Shown: piece by piece, positions 56,737 to 64,000 of the stretch
How positions within the stretch are numbered: position 1 is the stretch's first letter
How the letters are laid out: each line of letters opens with the position of its first letter
Assembly: GCA_951406725.2 (NCBI GenBank)
Contig: OX597822.1
Span: forward strand, 105,152,001 to 105,216,000
Reading direction: 5' to 3'
From: Octopus vulgaris
Lineage: Eukaryota
Length of the DNA stretch: 64,000 nucleotides
The notes under the pieces: model-generated
Told to the model about the DNA's origin: nothing
Databases searched by the model: none
What the model saw: the letters and a program-made list of their open reading frames with translations, nothing else
Translations under genes and position numbers: made by a program

Positions 56737-58049
56737 CAGTAGTAGTAGTAGTAAGTTTCCCTGTTTACTAATCCGATTAAACTCCTCATAATATGAGAAT
56801 AAATCTGTAAAGAGCTCAGGTGACTGAGATTAAAAAATATAAAATTTGTTGTATATATATATCAAGTGAGAATTCGTGCTGTCTTAGAACTTACATGGAA
56901 GACGATGCTTCTACATATTCTCATAATTTTCTTTCTGCAAGAATGCTTTTAATTTGAGTGTTGTATGCCAAAGGTTTGATTATATGTTGAAGGATGTGTC
57001 ATACTATGCACACGTCGTTTCTACTTTGGACTATCTACACGTCGTTTCCTGTAAAATATACAAAAACATACACGATAAGACATCGTTATCACATCTAATT
57101 GCTCCATGAAGCTTAAACAACAACAGCAACATCAACAACTATTTCAAGTTGGAACAGTGATTATTAGTTTTTAAGTTAAGCCCAAAGGCATATATTTTGC
57201 AGAAAGTGTTTAGCTGGCTAATCGATTCCAGTACTTGACTAGTACTCATTCGATCGATCCCGGAAAAAGTGACGTCTAACTTTAACCACGGTAGAGTTAG
57301 AAATGTGAAAAGGAAGATATGTACTGCCACAAGGCCTTTTCGTTCGCCGCTCTATTGATTCTAATAAGTATCCCCTTGATAATAATGGTGTTTAATGTCC
57401 GTACACATATGTAAGATGGAATGTAATAGTTGGAATAGTTATCGCTTCTTGGCAGACACTTAGAAAGAAGCAACCAATATATGCCTGTATGTGACCATTC
57501 TATTTGCTAGAAATTCCAACTAGATTTACTTCAGATTATATCATCTTCTCTTAAATAACATGTTCGTAATGCCTGGCATACTTTGGATCACTAATCCGTA
57601 CACTCAAGGATATCTAGGGATTAGCAACAGCGCCAATAACAAGAAATTCGCAACATGACGGATTTCTAAAGCTGTTTCCCTTTATCTCAGCATTAGTTCG
57701 AATTTTAATCTTGACAATTGAACGAAAGCGAAGACGAACTATGATGAGACGATCTATAAAAGTAACACTCTGTCGGTTGCGACGACAAGGGTTCCGGTTG
57801 ATTCGATCAAGGGATCAGCCTGCTCGTGACATAAACGTGAAAGTGGTTGCACATGACATAAACGTGCAAGCATAGTTCTCAAGGAGACTCAGCGTAACAC
57901 ACAAAGTCTGGCTCATTGGACTACAGATACAAAATTCCAAGTCATTGAACTACGGATACAACTCATTTTTGTCCCCTGAGTGGACTGGAGCCATATGAAA
58001 TAAAGTATCTTGTTTAAGGACACATCAAGCTGCCAAGATTCGAATTCAA

Positions 58050-58438
58050 AAGGCGGCAAGCTGGCCGAAACGTTAGCACGTCGCGCGCAATGTGTTACGT
58101 TACGTTCTGAGTTCAAATTCCACCGAGGTAGACTTTGCCTTTCATCCTTTCGGAGTCGATAAATAAAGTACCAGTTACGCACAGGGGTCGATATAATCGA
58201 CATAATCCGTTTGTCTGTCTTTGATTGTCCCCTCTGTGTTTAGCCCCTTGTGGGTAGTAAAGAAATAGGTATTTCGTCTGTCTTTATGTTCTGAGTTCAA
58301 ATTCCGCCGAGCTCGACTTTGCTTTTCCTCCTTTCGGAGTCGATAAATTAAGTACCAGTTACGCACTGGAGGTCGATATAGTCGACTTAATCCCTTTGTC
58401 CCCTCTGTGTTTAGCTCCTTGTGGGCAATAAAGAAATA
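58050..58438 (+). mobile_element. SINE family B dimer inserted into a SINE D head
   Basis: Same internal junction as the trimer; flanked by a gattcgaat duplication within the SINE D remnant 57765-58492. Confidence 0.8.
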
Positions 58439-58989
58439 TGATTCGAATCCATGTCTTACAATCGTCAACTGAATACTCTAACCACTAAACCACACAAAAT
58501 CAAATTTAATGTAACATTTGTACTAAGCGGAATTTCTCCATGCACCACAACTATATTTAGTACTGCTAAATATCTAATGCTTTAGTATTTTAACCAGCCA
58601 TTTCCGACTAAGATATTCTACATGTTTTATACTGAAATTGGCCTCTCACATCTACTCTACAATGTCATTATGAAAATAAGATTCATAAAATCGAAATCTT
58701 GAAGCTACGAAATATTGCGTGATTAATTCAAAATAATATGAATAAAAAGCATTACCTTTTACAGAGAATCTGAAAGCTAATGGGACACATCTTCCTAGAG
58801 ATGATAATATTTTCTGATTTATGTACACGGAACAGGATTTTGAAGGCGTGGCTTAGTTATCTAGTACTTTATTTTATCGAGCACCGAAAGCATGAATGTT
58901 GACCTCGGAAGTATTTGAACTCAGTATCTTTTCCGGCTCGGTAGCAATTCTACCAGCTCCGACCCTTTATCTCACCACAGAGATAATAA

Positions 58990-59592
58990 TATTTTTTACT
59001 ATAGGCACAAGGCCTGAAATTTTGTGAGAGAGGACTAGTCGATTACATCGACCCAAGTGATCAGCTGGTACTTAATTTATCGACCACGAAAGGATGAACG
59101 GTAAAGTCGACCTGGGCGGAATTTGAACTCAGAACGTAACGACAGAGGAAATTCCTGTTTCTGTATTGCCCACAAGGGGCTAAACATAGAGGTGACAAAC
59201 AAGGACAGACAAACGGATTAAGTCGATTACATCGACCCCAGTATGTTACTGGTACATAATTTATATACTCCGAAAGGATGAAAGGCAAAGTCGACCTCGG
59301 CGGAATTTCGATATTGTTGTTGTTATCATCATTAATTCGGAACGTAGCGGCAGACGAAATACCTATTTCTTTATTACTCACAAGGGGTTAAACACAGAGG
59401 GGACAAACAAGGACAGACATGGGTATTAAGTCGATTACAGACCCCAGTGCGTAACTGGTACTTAATTTATCGACCCCGAAAGGATGAAAGGCAAAGTCGA
59501 CCTCGGCGGAATTTGAACTCACAACGTAACGCAGACGAAATACCGCTAAGCATTTCGCCCGGCGTGCTAACGTTTCTGCCTGCTCGCCGCCG
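58990..59592 (-). mobile_element. SINE family B trimer
   Basis: Same junction as 47950-48512. Confidence 0.85.
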
Positions 59593-60618
59593 TCGCCACA
59601 GAGATAATAACAATTTTAAAATTTTGCGCAAGGTAATAGATATGAAGAGTCGAAATATAAGCAATTTTATGACAATCTTCGAAGAATTAAAAGTCAAATA
59701 ATTTTCCCGTGTCCTGCTCTCTTATTAGGGAGGACAGAATGAATAAGTGTCTAAACGTGACATTGGGTGGTCATAGTCGCAACGATTTAATCATACGTCT
59801 GTTTCGTAAGATGTAATGAGAGGTTAAATAAACAACATTCAAACAATAACATTTAATACAGATATAAAACTAATGGTAGAAGCACGTAAAATTGTAATTC
59901 TACTTAATGTCAACGACGCCGCATTGTGTATGGAACGTTTGTTTACTCTAAATAGGAAATAAAATTTTCCCTTGAGTTTTTTGACAAACAGCGTCAATGC
60001 AAAATAATAATAATAATGATTTCAATAAGAATAATAATGATAATGATGATGTTGATGATGGTGATGATGAGAAATATAAAAAAATGATGGCTTCTGATTG
60101 ATATAGCTATCGTAACGAAAGATAAGAAGAATTATCTTCGTATATAAAACTGCTGTGGTATGCATATCGTGAATGTGAAAGATTGGTGCGTTGATTGTGG
60201 TTATTTCGGTTCTAGAATTGATTCAGCAAAAATACAGACAACTAATATATAACCTAGAGTTCCAGAATTCTCGACAGAATGGCAGAATCATAAACGAATC
60301 TTGTTTTCTTTTTTTTTTTTTTTTGCTATCTATAATCAGTTTTAGTCACACTACGAAAGTTATATAAGAGGGTTTTTTTCAGCGAGGAAAAATACAGAAG
60401 CATTCTTATGAATAAATTAACTGCGTAGGCCTATTTCTGTCTTCTGTCTCAAATATTTGTCTCATATTCCTTTACATTGACATTGACAATGTTAAATAAT
60501 TGGATATATCTTAAATGATCACACACACACACACACACACACATACACACACACACACATTGGTATGTTTCGGGATGGGCATTTTTTCTAAGTAACATCT
60601 CACACTGCATACTCTATT

Positions 60619-60766
60619 TACATTATTTACATTTGACGAATATTCGTCCTCATCTTGTTTGTTGGTATACCTTCCAGCCTTCATCAGGTCTCATTTCTAA
60701 AGTATTTTTCGATATTGTTGTTGTTGTTGTTGTTATTATCATTATTATTATTATTATTATTATTAC

Positions 60767-60800
<34 letters not shown>

Positions 60801-60888
60801 TAGGTCACTGCCTGGAATCAAACTTAAGTGGTTAAGAGCGCGGGCTACTAACCCCAAGATTCCGAGTTTGATTCCGGGCTGTGAGCTA

Positions 60889-60961
<73 letters not shown>

Positions 60962-61001
60962 TAATGATAATAATAAAATAATAATAATAATAACAACAAT
61001 G

Positions 61002-61035
<34 letters not shown>

Positions 61036-61212
61036 CAACAACAACATCGAAAAATACCTTATGAATGAGAACTCAAGTTCGAAATTTCACCAAGATGAAG
61101 ACTGGAGAGTATGTCAACCGAAACGTTGTATTAACAACAAACAAGATCAGGATGGATATCCGTCAAATGTAAATAATGTACATAATTCCTCATCTCTTAA
61201 ATGTAGAACTGT
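60619..61212. mobile_element. Head-to-head pair of a tRNA-headed, (AAT)n-containing, hammerhead-bearing non-autonomous retroelement
   Basis: Plus copy 60826-61212: A-box-like aagtggttaagagcg, anticodon arm gggctactaaccc, B-box-like gagtttgattcc, (AAT)n, then the HHR 3' half caaccGAAACGTTgt. Minus copy 60619-60825 starts at the B box and keeps CTGATGA-A-GGCTG. Confidence 0.6.
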
Positions 61213-61437
61213 ACACTATATACTCGTTCTTCACTTCAGCTTTTTTATTATTCTTATTTTAATGTCCTTTGTCTGAAATCTTTCATCACACCTCCTGTGA
61301 CCTCTTCAGTCACTCTCCATCCTGCGTGTCTCTACCTGTCTTGTTTAGTCCATTCTGTTTATATTTGAGACCATTCCGAAATATAACTATGTCTGTGTCA
61401 TCCCACGATTTACATAAAAGTATATATCAGTCACTCC

Positions 61438-61497
<60 letters not shown>

Positions 61498-62149
61498 GCA
61501 TATACATACTCAGAAAGATATGAGTTTATATACTTGTGTATATATATATAAATGCAAACACACGCACGCACGCATACGCACAGAGAGACGCCCGCGCGGG
61601 AATACACACACGCACACATATCGATTTTATTTAATTTCAAATGTTTCTTCCTTTTCGAACCGTACTCCGAGAAACACATTTGTGTTCGCTTGTGTATGTG
61701 TCTATGTGTCTGTATGTTTTAACGCATTGAACAACATGCCTTGAAGTGTTCATTTTGATTGAATTTCTTGAATAGCTATATTATTAGTTAAACCTTCTAA
61801 TAGTTCATCGTCGATACAGACAGAGAACCACTCGTGTACGTGTATGTGCGGGGGATGTCATTTCTTACGCTGAGTAATGTTTCGGAAGTGTATAAAATAG
61901 AGTAAGAAAAACCAAAATCCGCTGCTTTACATGCGAAAGCCCTCAAGATTTTTACACTATAGCAAGCTCTATACATCTCATTGTTAATCATCGGTTAGAA
62001 ATGCAGTGACCCAGCGATTGGTGTCTCAGAATACTGTAACTGACAACGACATTGTTCGCATCTTGTGGTATAAAATAAAAATAATTATATAGATTAATAT
62101 CTATAACCGCCATTCCACAAGACACATAAACGAAAACTGAACAACGCAT

Positions 62150-62860
62150 GAACGAATTTCAGATGTTGTATTTCAACTGAATTAGTCTTAAGGTAGATTA
62201 GCATTTCCGGACTATTAATCCGCAGTCGCTTATGTCATTGTTCTACATTATGTCTAGATTTGTTCATTCTTGGTCATATTCTGGTGTCCTATTCTTCCAT
62301 ATCAACATATCTCTAGGCTATGTATTAAGCCAGATGGACAATTAATAGGATATTTAAATTCATATGAGCAGCCATATTTTGCTTGGATTTTGCTCTGAGC
62401 ATACTAATTTGATTTTCAACTCTGTACATAACGTCTTTTATTTGCCAAACTTTCTGCCGTAGTTCCTCGTCTATAACGGTAACTTCATTCCAAATCTCTA
62501 TATAATTTATCTTATCACACCCTGCATGTTCTTCAAATCCTGTCTTTGATATTTCTTCGATTTTATCCTTTTGGTAATGTTCTATAATGATCTTTGGTTG
62601 GTTGTTCCGTTCCCTCTTTTCAACAGGTACTAAAATTCCATGTATTGTAATTATCATCCTTTAAATCAGGCTGTTCTTGGATAGGATTTATTCTTCTAAA
62701 GTACCAATACTATAAAGTGTAGTGGTGTTAGCGACTTTGCAATTTCCCGTAATTCATTCCAAAGGATAATCCATCCGCTTTTCGCATTGTTCTTCGTCGA
62801 TGCCATTGTAGTTGTATGAAAGACCAACAATACTATTTTCTTTTAAGAGGTAATGACCAG
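62150..62860 (-). pseudogene. Probable decayed piggyBac transposase
   Basis: Motif order ISKTGFEE (MSR.RFEE), DK, VTVIDEE (VTIDE), AKYG, CPSGLIHSLEI (SGLVHNFEIY); heavily mutated. Confidence 0.45.
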
Positions 62861-63796
62861 TTAATATAAGGATATATCCTGAAGCGAATCGACCAAACTA
62901 GGTTTAATTTTTTTTTAATAGAATATCTAAAGAAAAAAAGATAACCAATGTGAGGCTAAAAAATATATTTATATTTCGCTGTGTAAATCATATTTGAAAT
63001 ATATATCGTAGAGATATCAGCTATTTTCCTCATACTTTACAAGATCGTTGACGATGATTAAGCGTCGACCGTAATTTCTCAGATAAAAGGCTTCCAAACC
63101 AATTATTTGTAGGTAGTTTATATTACCTAAAGGAGATATATTTTGCTTTCATACCTTCCTTTTGTTTTTATGTATCATCTAACATATTACGATCGATATA
63201 ATCGTTTTCGAGGACTTTGTTTTATATACTATTTAAAAACCAGCATTAAACACCCAGAATAACGGCAGATAATTTCAAGGTTCTAAAAACTTCAATAATT
63301 TTACGTTATGTGGTAAAATATCTGATCCTCGTTTGAAGAGAAGGAACAACTCTGAATATTTTTTGAACCAGTGGGCCTCATTAACATAGCCGAGTCCACT
63401 GAAGCCTGGTTGATCAGTTGAAAAACATTAATATCTACAAACAGGAAACTTGCCACTGGTACTTTTTGACTAATATACTTTACATAATTGAAAAACTTTT
63501 CGAGTCAAGAGAAATAACTTGAATGGATCAATGACAGATAATCTATGTTTTGCTGCACGCAAGAAAAAATCCTAATTGAAGTTTCCTTCATACTTCTAAG
63601 CGGTATGTAGAACTTTAGAGGTGTGTGTGGACGACTCTCAAAAAAAAAGGGGGAGATAATTCAAAGAAATATTCGAATACTAATTCGTATGCTTTTAGAA
63701 ATGGCTGTCATGTTTGCCAGTCAAGGTTAAAGCTTACTCAACTTTACAAGATATTTATGTTAGTAACTAAAGTTCCGTAAGCGTTATATATTTATA

Positions 63797-64000
63797 CTCT
63801 TTTACTTGTTTCAGTCATTTGACTGCGGCCATGCTGGAGCACCGCCTTTAGTCGAGCAAATCGACCCCGGAACTTATTCTTTGTAAGCCCAGTACTTATT
63901 CTATCGGTCTCTTTTGTCGAACCGCTAAGTTACGGTGACGTAAACACACCAGCATCGGTTGTCAAGCAATGCTAGGGGGACAAACAAACACGCACACATA
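63797..64000 (-). mobile_element. SINE family A (cut by window end)
   Basis: Homology to family A. Confidence 0.85.

Noticed and set aside
58573-58785. Possible piggyBac-type MITE
   Set aside because: Terminal repeats and TTAA sites too degraded to support.

Overview
AT-rich, microsatellite-saturated eukaryotic DNA. The repeat repertoire looks like an octopod cephalopod genome; this is inferred from recognised repeat types, not from a database search. Nearly all ORFs in the supplied track are translations of (TA)n, (CA)n, (TATG)n, (GATA)n or (AAT)n tracts or of SINEs, and are not genes. The window holds: (1) four tRNA-headed SINE families in many copies, including fixed-junction multimers, head/tail chimeras and closely spaced inverted pairs; (2) decayed fragments of RTE, R4/Dong, Tx1/L1 and Penelope retroelements, DD37D and mariner transposons, a probable piggyBac, and non-autonomous Helitrons; (3) about ten minimal type I hammerhead-ribozyme (HHR) motifs in Penelope-like, mostly (TA)n-abutting, often inverted fragments. 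Several have covarying 3-8 core pairs (C-G, G-C, U-A), and one sits in a tRNA-headed SINE-like element; (4) a candidate plus-strand multi-exon gene with phase-compatible exons, including a possible 7-nt micro-exon, that could encode a small secreted, Cys-rich, prohormone-like protein. The gene model is unverified.
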